Source: an uncultured Spartobacteria bacterium (GTDB taxonomy: Bacteria; Verrucomicrobiota; Verrucomicrobiia; Chthoniobacterales; UBA6821). From it: a stretch of DNA of 64,000 nt. The translations under genes were made by a program, and so were the position numbers. This document shows, piece after piece, positions 1 through 10,100 of the stretch (position 1 is the stretch's first letter; every line of letters begins with the position of its first letter). The stretch is taken from the NCBI GenBank assembly GCA_903868795.1, contig CAIPWR010000128.1, forward strand, positions 5,953 through 69,952, read 5' to 3'. The notes under the pieces were generated by a model. It did not search any database. It was not told the DNA's origin and saw nothing but the letters and a program-made list of their open reading frames with translations.

Positions 1-92
1 GCAAGCTGACGTGCGAACTCGGCTCCTAATCCAGCCGTAGCTCCCGTGATCAGTGCGGTGCAGTTCTTGGTGGTGAAGCGTGTTCTTTTCAT
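1..92 (-). CDS. Short-chain dehydrogenase/reductase (SDR) family protein, 5' end only; the gene continues past the window start
   Basis: The minus-strand ATG at 92..90 opens MKRTRFTTKNCTALITGATAGLGAEFARQL, which carries the TGxxxGxG Rossmann motif of SDRs. The ATG overlaps the TGA of the upstream gene (ATGA at 89-92). It is absent from the ORF track because the window edge truncates it. Confidence 0.55.
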   Translation of the reverse strand, partial: MKRTRFTTKNCTALITGATAGLGAEFARQL

Positions 93-1705
93 GGGTGCGC
101 AGTAATAGGAAGGTCTTTCCGGAAAATCTCACGGATGGGGTGTTCATCCAAGACATTGGGTTCGATCCCTCCCAGATGATTTCCGTCGTAGAGCTGGATC
201 CCGACATAGAAGAACAGAGGGGAGATCGGTGCCTCCTCTCTCACAAGAAACTCCTCGGCACGCCGCATGATCTCAAAGCGCTTCTTGGGATCCGTATCTG
301 CAGCAGCCTGCGCCGCCTCATGGATCATCTGATCATAGGTGGCATTCCTCCATCCCGTCCGGTTGTTGCCGCTTTCAGAAAGAAAGAGATCAAGGAACGT
401 GTTGGGATCCGGGTAATCTCCCACCCAACTGGAACGGGCGATTCCGAAATCCAACGATCCGAGGGAGTTCAGGTAGACCTTCCACTCTTGCCGCGCAAGC
501 TGGACCGTCACGCCGAGTTGCTCCTTCCACATCGACTGCAACTCGACAGCCACCCCCTCGTTCAGCTCCCCCTCGCTATAGAGATAGGTGGTCAGAGGAA
601 ACCCCTTACCTCCAGGATAGCCCGCCTCTGCAAGAAGCCTGCGTGCCGCTTGCGAATCCTCAGGCAGCCCCTTGGGAGCCTCATACCCAGGAATGCCCGG
701 AGGAACGAAACTCAAGGCATCCGACTCGCCGGCCCGAGTAATCTTGCTCGTAATCCTTTTACGATCCACCGCCATGGCGAATGCCTTGCGCACCCGGACA
801 TCGGTGAAGGGTCCCTTGGCGCAATTAAACCTCAGGAAAAAGGTTCCAAGGAAGGGTGCGGCATGGAAATCGGGACGCGTCTTGAGCGCATCCAATAGCG
901 AAGGGGGAGCCAATCCCTTGTCCATGATCAGGTCGGCCTGACGGGCGGCATAGAAGTTGTAGGCGACATTGGCCTGACTGATGGGAAGCACCTCGACCGT
1001 GCGAAGCGAGACGTTTTTTGCATCCCAGTAGAGAGGGTTTCGTTTGAGATGAATCGCATCATTGATCTTCCAATCCTCAAGGAGGAAGGAGCCATTCCCG
1101 ACAAGCTTTCCAGGCTTCACCCAGTCGTCCCCGTACTTTGCGATCAGATCGGTGCGTACCGGGTAGAGTGTCGGAAAGGCACAGAGATCAAGGAAGTAGG
1201 GGGTCGGTTGCCGGAGCGTCACCTGGAGGGTGCTCTCATCCAAAGCCTTCACCCCAACCGAAGAAAAGTCGGGAGTCTTCCCCACGGGACTGTTGGCAAA
1301 CTCCTCGGCACCCTTCACCGAGAAGAGCTGGTAGCTGTAGGCGGAAGCGGTGGCGGGATCGAGCGTCCGCCGCCATGAATCAACGAAGTCTACGGCCGTG
1401 ATCTGCTTTCCATCACTCCAGCGAGCCTCGGGACGGAGATGAAATGTGTAGCCGCAATGGTCGGGAGAGATTTCCCAAGACGAGGCAACTCCAGGTCCAG
1501 CGACACCAAAGCGATCAAAGCGGAGCAATCCCTCAAAGAGCGCATTGACGATGCGCCCCTCGGGTTGGCCGGTGATCAGCGCAGGATCGAGGGTCTCCGG
1601 TTCAGCTCCATTGATGAAGATAAGATCGGCACGGTCTCGATGGGGCGCGCATCCTGCTATCAGCAATAGGGCCAGCGCTAGGAGTGAGATCAGCGAGCGT
1701 TTCAT
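89..1705 (-). CDS. ABC transporter substrate-binding lipoprotein, family 5 (peptide/nickel, OppA/DppA-like)
   Basis: 538-aa ORF with a signal peptide and lipobox (LLLIAGC). Its length and conserved blocks (e.g. INGAEPETLDP, YPVRTD, PLYWDA) are typical of family-5 SBPs. Its start overlaps the stop of the upstream ldhA-like gene (ATGA at 1702-1705). Confidence 0.8.
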   Translation of the reverse strand: MKRSLISLLALALLLIAGCAPHRDRADLIFINGAEPETLDPALITGQPEGRIVNALFEGLLRFDRFGVAGPGVASSWEISPDHCGYTFHLRPEARWSDGKQITAVDFVDSWRRTLDPATASAYSYQLFSVKGAEEFANSPVGKTPDFSSVGVKALDESTLQVTLRQPTPYFLDLCAFPTLYPVRTDLIAKYGDDWVKPGKLVGNGSFLLEDWKINDAIHLKRNPLYWDAKNVSLRTVEVLPISQANVAYNFYAARQADLIMDKGLAPPSLLDALKTRPDFHAAPFLGTFFLRFNCAKGPFTDVRVRKAFAMAVDRKRITSKITRAGESDALSFVPPGIPGYEAPKGLPEDSQAARRLLAEAGYPGGKGFPLTTYLYSEGELNEGVAVELQSMWKEQLGVTVQLARQEWKVYLNSLGSLDFGIARSSWVGDYPDPNTFLDLFLSESGNNRTGWRNATYDQMIHEAAQAAADTDPKKRFEIMRRAEEFLVREEAPISPLFFYVGIQLYDGNHLGGIEPNVLDEHPIREIFRKDLPITAHP

Positions 1706-2697
1706 GGAGCCGGCACCGCATAGGTGCAGGGCATCCCACTGGCAAACTCTTGCAGGCTTTGAACTGTCGTCTCCGCGATATTGCGCAGGGCATGCTGGGT
1801 GAGAAAGGCCTGATGGCCTGTCACGATGACATTAGGAAAGGTGAGCAAGCGGGCAAAGGTGTCGTCGCTGATGATGTCCGAGGAGTGATCCTCAAAGAAA
1901 AGGGACGCCTCCTCTTCGTAGACATCGATTGCCAGGAAGCCAACCTTGCGACTCTTGAGAGCCTCCACCACGGCGGGCGTATCCAGCAGCGCGCCACGAC
2001 TCGTATTGATGAGAAAGACACCATCCTTCATCATGCCTAACGCGGTTTGATCAATGAGGTGGAAGGTCGAGGGTTGAAGAGGGACATGAAGCGTCAGGAT
2101 GTCGGAGTAACGGAAGAGCTCCTCACGCGTGTCGACATAGGAGGCCAATAAAGTCACGGTCTCATTCGGCTCATCGTCATAGGCGAGGATCTTGCACCCG
2201 AAGCCGCTGAGCAGCTTCACCACCTCGGTACCAATCCTCCCAGTTCCGCAGACACCGACGGTCATGTCGCGCAGTTCAAAACCGCAAAGACCCTCAAGAT
2301 TGAAATCCGCGCGCCTCACACGGTTATGCCCTTCATGGATGTGACGTCCGAGGGTCAGGATCAGGCCAATCGTGAATTCCGCCACGGCATTGGGTGAATA
2401 GGCAGGCACATAGGCTAGCGAGACCCCGAACTCGCGAGCCGCTTCGCGATCGATCTGGTTAAATCCCGCACTGCGTGTCGCCAGAAAGCGCGTTCCACCT
2501 GCAGAGAGTTTTTCCAGAACAGCACGATCCGCCAGATCATTCACAAAAATCAGCACCCCCTCGTGACCGGCAGCTAACGCTGCCGTCTGTGCGTCAAGAC
2601 GAGGCTCCAGAAAGTTGAAGACGATTAATGACCCCTCCGCCGCCTTCTCAAGCACAGGGCGCTCGTAGCGCTTGGTGTTGAAGACAGCGACCTTCAC
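1702..2697 (-). CDS. ldhA: D-isomer-specific 2-hydroxyacid dehydrogenase (D-lactate dehydrogenase-like)
   Basis: 331 aa. It has the N-terminus MKVAVFNTKRYE typical of LdhA, the NAD-binding motif GVCGTGRIGTEV, and catalytic-region blocks NTSRGALLD, DVYEEE and VIVTGHQAFLT. Confidence 0.75.
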   Translation of the reverse strand: MKVAVFNTKRYERPVLEKAAEGSLIVFNFLEPRLDAQTAALAAGHEGVLIFVNDLADRAVLEKLSAGGTRFLATRSAGFNQIDREAAREFGVSLAYVPAYSPNAVAEFTIGLILTLGRHIHEGHNRVRRADFNLEGLCGFELRDMTVGVCGTGRIGTEVVKLLSGFGCKILAYDDEPNETVTLLASYVDTREELFRYSDILTLHVPLQPSTFHLIDQTALGMMKDGVFLINTSRGALLDTPAVVEALKSRKVGFLAIDVYEEEASLFFEDHSSDIISDDTFARLLTFPNVIVTGHQAFLTQHALRNIAETTVQSLQEFASGMPCTYAVPAP

Positions 2698-2703
2698 AAG
2701 AAA

Positions 2704-4044
2704 TCAGTTCAGCGGGGTTACCTTTTGAGCGCGATTGGAGGCACGAATCACGTCGCGGTAGTAGTAGGCGGCGGGCTTGAGGACTCTGACCTTGTTGGCG
2801 GAATCCATGCTTGAGAGACCGAATTTCGGGACATAGCCGTAATGCCACTCGTAATTGTCTGCGAGAGACCAGACAAAATAACCTTTCACATCATAACCCT
2901 CGTCCATGGTCTTTCGGATTTGGGCAATGTGGTCATGGAGGTAGGAAAGACGCTTCTTCTCGTCCGTGGTGGCGACTCCGTTTTCCGTGATCATCATCGG
3001 CTTGTCATAGCGCTTGCCAACGTAGCGGATCTGCTTACCGAGGGCGGCGGGATCGATTCTCCATCCCATCATCGTGTAGTGATGACCATGACGCGCTCCC
3101 TCCGAGAGGAAACTGAGTGGGCCGGCCACCTGACTGTAGTAATAGTTGAATCCGATGATGTCGCAGACATCATGAATCCGGTCGAGATGGTCGAAGTTTG
3201 AGTGCATGACCGTATTGTAGAGAAGACCGCCGGGATCAAGGGGGCCATGCTCCCACCACGGAAGGGCCTCGACGCTGAGTACCTTGGCCGAGGGCTTCAA
3301 CTCCTTGATCCGGGCAGCGGCATCACGGAACATGTCGGCGCTGGCTATCGTAGCGGCTTCATACCCCTTGAAATCAAAGGTATGGCAGGGAGGCCAGAGC
3401 CCGATGATGTAAGCAGTAAGGACCTGTCCGTTGGGCTCATTCTCAGGGGCGTAGTAGGTCGCATAGGGAGCAGTAGCCCGAACCATCTTCTTGACGTAGA
3501 GATTCCAGCGTTCACGGGCGAGCGGATGGAGCCAGTTGGTCTTGCTGCTATCCTTGGTATCAGTAAGCCAGGCTGGGAAAGTGAAGTGCCAAAGAGTGAC
3601 GACAGGCTCGATGCCCGCTTCCTTGAGTTTGCGGCACATCCTTACATACCCCTGAATGGCTTTCTCATTGTAATGGCCGGGACGTGGTTCCACACGCGCC
3701 CACTCGATACTGAATCGGTAGTGGGTTGCGCCGATCTTCTTGAGAGCGGCAAGATCCTTGTCAAAGTCACTCCAGGAGTAGAGAGCATCACCCACAATCG
3801 GAGCCTTTTTCTGCTGAACCAGCAGATCCCAGTCGCGGACATAGTAGTTGGGATCACCCGGTAGTACCCCTTTGTTTTCGTACTGAAGGCTGCTCGTGGA
3901 GATCCCCCAGGCAAAGGGTGCGTATCCCGTAAGCTTTTCAGCCTGATGGCAGGGAGCCTTGTCCAGGGGTCCTAGGGGATGGATGGCACACCCCCCGAGA
4001 AGCAGGAGCGGAATAACCGCGGCGATCTTGGGCAGTCTCTTCAT
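2704..4044 (-). CDS. Glycoside hydrolase family 1 (beta-glucosidase-like), predicted lipoprotein
   Basis: 446 aa. It has the GH1 acid/base motif (APENEPNG) and nucleophile motif (MMITENGVAT), plus an N-terminal signal peptide with lipobox LLLLGGC. Confidence 0.8.
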   Translation of the reverse strand: MKRLPKIAAVIPLLLLGGCAIHPLGPLDKAPCHQAEKLTGYAPFAWGISTSSLQYENKGVLPGDPNYYVRDWDLLVQQKKAPIVGDALYSWSDFDKDLAALKKIGATHYRFSIEWARVEPRPGHYNEKAIQGYVRMCRKLKEAGIEPVVTLWHFTFPAWLTDTKDSSKTNWLHPLARERWNLYVKKMVRATAPYATYYAPENEPNGQVLTAYIIGLWPPCHTFDFKGYEAATIASADMFRDAAARIKELKPSAKVLSVEALPWWEHGPLDPGGLLYNTVMHSNFDHLDRIHDVCDIIGFNYYYSQVAGPLSFLSEGARHGHHYTMMGWRIDPAALGKQIRYVGKRYDKPMMITENGVATTDEKKRLSYLHDHIAQIRKTMDEGYDVKGYFVWSLADNYEWHYGYVPKFGLSSMDSANKVRVLKPAAYYYRDVIRASNRAQKVTPLN

Positions 4045-4973
4045 GGCTGGGGTGTGGCTGAGGTTTTTTTCTTCATAAATGATGGGACAAGAAGTTCCAG
4101 ATCTCCCACTCTGTTGCGGTAAAATCCACGCAGATCGGGAATAGTGTTATTCCAGTTCATGCGGGTCGCTGCCAAAAACTGATCATTTGTCATGATTCGG
4201 TCCAAACGGAGTCTCCCAGAGTGATTATTCACCTCATCGAAAGGGAGTGTGACTTTTCGGTATTCTGCCTCGGGAATACGTGCCTTCTGGAGTCGTGCCG
4301 GATCATAAATGGAAAGCCACCATCCGCCGTAGGCATCAGGTGCATCAGGCGGCGTCACCTGAAAAACAAAGTGACCGACCCGTATCCTGCCCCCCTTCTC
4401 ATCCAGTGAGTAAAGAGCACCCACTTCCTTGCGATTGGTAAGAATTCCAGCCAGGTAAGCGCGGACGATTTTCTTGAATTGGGTGATCTTGTCACCACGT
4501 TCATAAATGCCGAACTCAATGCAGACGGGGTGATTGGGATCGCCGTAAACATTCATTTCCATTCGTTCATTAATTTTAAACGAGAGATAGGGAATATCCT
4601 TGAGGTAACCGTTATCGATGGTTGTTGCCGGGATCTGCCGGAAGGACTTGATGCTATCATCGGTACGCAGGTCCTGGACAATCATCCGCCATGGCGGAAG
4701 GGTTCCCGGATCGACGATGTCGGCAAAATAGACTCCCGAGTCAACCTCGTCATCAATGCGACGGATGTTGCTCTTGGGGATCTCGACCTCACCCATCTTC
4801 TGTTGCAACGTCACTTTCTGTGCATCATTCTTGAGGATCAGGCCATGGAGAACCCTGCCGTCATTCATAAAAATGGTGTCCGGCATCAGGCGCCTGGCAT
4901 CCATGTCCATTTCCGCTCGCCCCGAAGAAAGCGGTAAGAGAAGAAAAATACAAAGAAAGAAAGAATGCTTCAT
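4041..4973 (-). CDS. Hypothetical secreted protein
   Basis: 310-aa ORF with a cleavable-looking signal peptide (MKHSFFLCIFLLLPLSSGRAE). Its stop overlaps the start of the downstream GH1 gene (4041-4044). I recognise no family. Confidence 0.45.
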   Translation of the reverse strand: MKHSFFLCIFLLLPLSSGRAEMDMDARRLMPDTIFMNDGRVLHGLILKNDAQKVTLQQKMGEVEIPKSNIRRIDDEVDSGVYFADIVDPGTLPPWRMIVQDLRTDDSIKSFRQIPATTIDNGYLKDIPYLSFKINERMEMNVYGDPNHPVCIEFGIYERGDKITQFKKIVRAYLAGILTNRKEVGALYSLDEKGGRIRVGHFVFQVTPPDAPDAYGGWWLSIYDPARLQKARIPEAEYRKVTLPFDEVNNHSGRLRLDRIMTNDQFLAATRMNWNNTIPDLRGFYRNRVGDLELLVPSFMKKKTSATPQP

Positions 4974-5012
4974 GAAGGATTGCCTTCCCTGTTAGTTACT
5001 AGGCCTTCATCC

Positions 5013-6350
5013 ATGCATCAAGCAACCATCCGCAACCTCTTCTGGGGAACGCTTCTCCCATTCATCATTCTCCTACCAGGATGCATCACGGCACCGCGCC
5101 ATTACGTCCCTCCTCCCGTGGCCGTAATGACAAAGCCGCTGCCTAAGGAGCCCTTCTGGTGGGGAACCTCCACAGCTCCCTTCCAGAACGAGGACAAAGG
5201 GTACGTTCCGGGATCGAAATGGTATTTCAAGACAGACTGGGATCGCTTTGCTGAAGAGGGAAGGGCTCCGGTCCGCGGCGACACCGCTGTCTTCTCCTGG
5301 ACCCAGTTCGACAAGGATCTGGCTGCCGTCAAGTTTCTGGGAGTAAATCACTTCCGGTTCGGGGTTGATTGGGCACGCATTGAACCGCGTAGGGGTGAGA
5401 TCAACGAGGAAGCCCTGGCACGCTACGCAGAGATGGCCCACAAATGCAGGGAGGCGGGCATCGAGCCGATTGTGACGCTTTGGCATTTCACCTTTCCCGA
5501 TTGGATCTACTCCAAGGATAAGTCGAAGGCCAACTTCCTCAATCCCGAGATCCGCTCAGACTGGCAGGCTCATGTTCGCCGCGTTGTGCGGGCGACCAAA
5601 GCAGATGTGCGCATCTATGTCCCGCAGAACGAGCCGAACGGCGCCCTGCAACTCGGATGGATCGGGGCCCACTGGCCACCGGGACTACTCGTCCACCCGG
5701 GCTCTTACAAGAAGGCGATGCGCGTTTCGGCGGACATGTTCCGTGATGCCGCAGCGATCGTCCGTGAGGAACGCAAAGACGCGTTGGTTATGGGAATCTA
5801 CTCGCTGCCCTACTGGAAGAAAGCCCCATACGCCGACCCGACCCGCTCCATTTATCACCTCATGCTGCATCAGAACTACGACCACCTCGACATGGTAGCC
5901 GATACCTGTGATCTGATTGGAGTGAACTACTACTACGCCCAGCAGTGTAGTCTCCTGCGTTTTCTCTTCCGTCCTGTTGGAGAACATAACTCCCAATATA
6001 CCCAGTTGGGTTGGGAGATCGCACCGACTGGGCTCTATCATGTGCTCAGGCAGATCTGGAGTCGCTATCATAAGCCGATCGTGATCTCGGAGAATGGGAT
6101 CGGTACTCAGAGCGGGCAAAAATCGATCCGCTATTTCCGCGAGCACATCGCCCAGATGCGACGTGCCATGAATGAGGGTGTGGATGTGCGCGGCTACTTC
6201 CCATGGACCCTTGTCGACAACTACGAGTGGACCGAGGGTTGGACGCCAAAATTCGGACTCTTCTCGTTTGATCCGACCACGCACGATCGTATCCCCTCCC
6301 CTTCCGCTTACTGGTTCCGAAACTTCATCAAGGCATATCCGGAGCCATGA
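5013..6350 (+). CDS. Glycoside hydrolase family 1 (beta-glucosidase-like) paralog, predicted lipoprotein
   Basis: It carries GH1 motifs VPQNEPNG and VISENGIGT and is collinear with the 2704-4044 product. I chose the ATG at 5013 (MHQATIRNLF...LLPGC lipobox) because the tracked start at 4965 overlaps the divergent gene. Confidence 0.8.
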   Translation: MHQATIRNLFWGTLLPFIILLPGCITAPRHYVPPPVAVMTKPLPKEPFWWGTSTAPFQNEDKGYVPGSKWYFKTDWDRFAEEGRAPVRGDTAVFSWTQFDKDLAAVKFLGVNHFRFGVDWARIEPRRGEINEEALARYAEMAHKCREAGIEPIVTLWHFTFPDWIYSKDKSKANFLNPEIRSDWQAHVRRVVRATKADVRIYVPQNEPNGALQLGWIGAHWPPGLLVHPGSYKKAMRVSADMFRDAAAIVREERKDALVMGIYSLPYWKKAPYADPTRSIYHLMLHQNYDHLDMVADTCDLIGVNYYYAQQCSLLRFLFRPVGEHNSQYTQLGWEIAPTGLYHVLRQIWSRYHKPIVISENGIGTQSGQKSIRYFREHIAQMRRAMNEGVDVRGYFPWTLVDNYEWTEGWTPKFGLFSFDPTTHDRIPSPSAYWFRNFIKAYPEP

Positions 6351-6404
6351 AAAAGAGGTTTCTAGGCTGAAGACTGAAGGCTTTTAGAGAGACAGAGAAA
6401 ACCG

Positions 6405-7112
6405 ATGAGCGATTTAGACCCTAAAGTTAAAATCTCATGCATCGTTGATGAAACCATCCGAGGAAGGCGTTCTGTGCGGGCCTTCTTACCGACGCCTGTT
6501 CCCAAGGAGACCATTCTGGAGATTCTCGATGTTGCCGCTCGAGCCCCCTCCGGAACGAATACCCAACCGTGGCAGACCATCGTCGTCACGGGTGAGAAAA
6601 AGGAAGCTCTCTCCAAGGAGCTCATCGAAACAGCACTCGATCCCGTCCGAGATGCGGAGCACACACAGGAATACTCCTACTACCCTGACAAATGGGTGCC
6701 TCCCTACATCGATCGGCGTCGCAAGGTTGGCTATGATCTCGATGGAATTCTCGGGATTGCCAAGGGAGAGAGGGAGCGGATGGAGCAGCAGTTTGCCCGC
6801 AACTACACCTTCTTCGATGCGCCGGTCGGCCTCTTCTTCACCATCGACCGGATTATGGGACAGGGAAGCTGGCTCGATTACGGAATGTTCCTTCAGAACG
6901 TCATGATCGCCGCGCGGGCCCGAGGTCTTGATACCTGCCCTCAGGCGGCTTTCTGCAAATACCACCGGATTATCGCTAGGCACCTGGAGATCCCAGGACA
7001 GCAGATGCTTGTCTGCGGAATGGCACTGGGATACGAGGATCCTGACAAAATCGAAAATACCCTCCGCACAGAGAGGGATCCTGCGTCCACATTTACGAAA
7101 TTTGTGGGGTAA
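6405..7112 (+). CDS. Nitroreductase family protein (FMN-dependent)
   Basis: 235 aa with the characteristic N-terminal blocks RRSVRAF and APSGTNTQPW, and a length typical of the family. Confidence 0.8.
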   Translation: MSDLDPKVKISCIVDETIRGRRSVRAFLPTPVPKETILEILDVAARAPSGTNTQPWQTIVVTGEKKEALSKELIETALDPVRDAEHTQEYSYYPDKWVPPYIDRRRKVGYDLDGILGIAKGERERMEQQFARNYTFFDAPVGLFFTIDRIMGQGSWLDYGMFLQNVMIAARARGLDTCPQAAFCKYHRIIARHLEIPGQQMLVCGMALGYEDPDKIENTLRTERDPASTFTKFVG

Positions 7113-7167
7113 AAACTTGCCTGACCATGTTTCAGCGGTTTCATGTCACCATTTCGGATAATCAGAC

Positions 7168-10100
7168 TCAGGGAGTGAACAATTTGTTCATCACAACCCT
7201 AAATCGGTAATAGCAGTCCATGATCAACTGGGGAGAGTTGGCGGTCAGGGTATTTCCAAAGGCATCCTTAAGGCCCGCAAAATCAGGAAGCGTGGGATCC
7301 GCAGGGTCAATGTAACGCTCGATCATCGTTGACCCCCTCTGATCTCCTATGACCTTGTCAGTGGATTCATTCCACTTCTGCCAATCGGCGTTTGTCACTC
7401 TCCTGCTTGTAACCTGCTGGAGAACCTGAACTCGATAATGCACCGTGTAGGTGTTCGATTTTGTGGTCAGTCTGGGATAAATGTAGGAATAGGGGCGTTC
7501 CCTCAGATTATCTCCCGTCATTCCCTTGCGAGTCGTTCCGGGATTGCCATACCACCAAGCTTTAATATTCGCATTCGCGGAGTCCCAGGAAACGATTGAG
7601 TTGGTGTTAACCAGGGAATTTGTTCCTGTTGGTTGTTGTGCCGGGTAGAGCCAGAGAGAACAGATTTCGGATGGGGAGTGAAAGATATCCCCATTCGCAA
7701 ACCGCTGCTGAAATTGAAGCAATGTCTGATCGGGATGAATGGGGTAATGGAAGTAAAAGTTTCCCGAGTTCGACCCGAAGGCATTGTAACTCTGGGAACT
7801 CACCCTGGGGACCGTATCGCTGTAGTATTCAGAAGTAAAAAGTGAGTACTGATTGGTGCTGCGTAGCTTGTAATCGTACCCCCACTGATCATCGACAGCG
7901 GTAAGCATCACTGACTTCAGAACTCCACGTAATGCTGCGTCCCGATTGATATAGGAGAAGGGGGCGATCTGGTAATTCAAGTTAACCTTACCAGCCGTGG
8001 AGAACGGATCACTGATCGGATAGGGATCGACCACCGGCATCTGGAAGAAGTCGAGCAGCAGATGGTCGGGGAGAATGGTATTCGTAATCAAACTCCCGGC
8101 TTCATTGTATCCCGCCAATGCCGAACGTTGATCTCTCAGAGCGGAACTTAGGGACGCAGGATTCGCAGAATGCTGAAGGGTGAGCCAACTATTGGTCAGG
8201 ATGGCAGGGGAAGGAGTCGTCGTGGAGGAGAGATTGGCAAATCCAACGGGTAGTGAACCCATGATGACCGCGGAGGGTACCATCCTGTTCGGAGAGAACA
8301 TGTTGGTTCCGATCGGTTGGAGAGAGAGGGAAAAATAAGGGTTATTGTAATAGTTCGCGCTGTTGGTGGCACCATAACCCTCATCTACTTTTCCAATAAA
8401 GGGTCCGTCGGAAAAAAATCCGATCCCGTTGTCAAAATCCCCCCCGCGACTCCAAAGCCCGAAGAATGTGGAGTTTCCAAAGTTACAATCGGCGCTCGCA
8501 TAGGGCTGGGAAAACTCACCGTCATAACTGTAATAGAAAGGGCCTCCCCTGCCAGGTGTGTGGCCGAATAAGTTCGTTCCTACTCCCGCGACATTACCAA
8601 TCAGTGAATTAAAAGGCCCATTAGGGGAATATCCGTTCATGGCCGGCGGATAGAAGTAGGAGTTTCCACCAGTGGCACCTGACCAATTGGTACACTGCAG
8701 CGTCCCTAAAAAAGCGCCGTTCATTGGCAGAGAGCCGCTCCGCAGCGAGTGAGCACTTCGAATCATCGTGGGCCATCCGTTCACGGATACCTGCGTGGAA
8801 TTCCCATAGAGCGGGTTCGTCGTGAAGAATGTGGAGGGAACATTCGACAAACAGGCTATCATGCGTGGATCGCCGTAGGTCAGATCGACGGACTGAACGG
8901 TGTCGGCAGTGAGTCTATTGAGCCCGGCTAACGTCCAGGGATAGGAGGGATCCGAACTGTTGGTCTCGCTGGTTCCCATCTCAGTTGCTATGAGGTAACT
9001 CTGGATCGAATCGGAAATGGCTTCGGTCATCCGCGAGTGATTTTTGATCGAGAAAGGGGTGACCTGGGACGATGCCGGATTGGAGAGCATGGGGTCAGCC
9101 TTATTGAAGGTCAGCATCCAGGTGGAAACGATGTCCCCCGTATTGGTGTCGCCGACTAGCGCATTAGAACTTGCACCACTGCTACCTGTGTAGATTTTGG
9201 AGCTGATTGGAGGATAATTCTGAAAGAGAGTATTTACAGATCCGTATCCTGAGAGCATGTAGGCTACCGGCAGCTTCGGGGTCGGGAAGGTAGCATTCGG
9301 GAAGGCAATCGCAAGGGACTGTATGGCAGTTCCCCCCGGCCCATTGAGAATGTTTTGGATCGTTCCTCCCGTGAAAGAAAAGGTATTCGTAGATGCAATT
9401 AGGACATTCGTTGCAAACAGGGAATTGGTTTCCGCATTGAGTGAAAGCTGCATTCCCAAATCGTAAAGCCAGTAATTCATCAGGGATGAGGCGTTGCTTT
9501 GGAAAAGTAGCCCCGGAGCGGTTAACCCCGAAGGATTGGCAGGAAACTGCAGGGATGTGCCGTTGACCGCAAAGCTTGATAGACCCGTTGCCTGGAAACT
9601 CATCTTGGGCTTGAGTCCCACCTGTCCGGGCGCGACATCAACAAAATCGGGAACATAGAGCATTTCAACGCGGGTTTGATAGGGCTGTAGAAGCGCGGAG
9701 TCCTTGTAAAAAGGATTCGGGATGTCGAAAGCTCCAGCAGTAGCACCCGTGGGTCTCTGCACACTCAGAAAGCGAAGCCCTGAATGCGTGGCAATTCCGT
9801 TGGAAGCCCCCGGAGTCGTCGAAGTTGTGAAGCCACTTGCCGAGGTCAACGTGGCATTGGTGGCAAGAACAACTGGATTGGGAAACGATATGAGAGAGTT
9901 TGAAAAATAGTAAATATTCGGCTGTGCCGTTGTGAGGAATTGTCCCGAAGTCGAATCAATCGTTGGATAGGTTCTTGTAGGGGATGAACCGGGACTATTC
10001 GCCGCCGAAAGATCAAACAGCGGATAGAGTTGTGCAAAATCGGGAAGCGGATTTGTAAGAGATGTGGAGTAGGAATTGACACCTGCAAAAACCGGAACGG

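Noticed and set aside
80-898. Long antisense ORFs opposite well-supported genes. Examples are 80-898 (+, 272 aa), 3202-3864 (+), 34542-35234 (+), 43584-44462 (+, 292 aa), 44759-45442 (+), 46917-47711 (+, 264 aa), 47967-48617 (+), 49334-50056 (+) and 62625-63254 (+).
   Set aside because: Each lies entirely inside, and antisense to, an ORF with clear family motifs. Their translations are Arg/Ser/Pro/Gly-rich low-complexity sequences with no recognisable domains. These are typical shadow ORFs of GC-rich coding DNA.
7113-7167. A terminator between the convergent nitroreductase gene and the giant-protein gene
   Set aside because: Only a short direct repeat (GTTTCA twice) and no convincing GC-rich stem with a T-tract could be found by eye.
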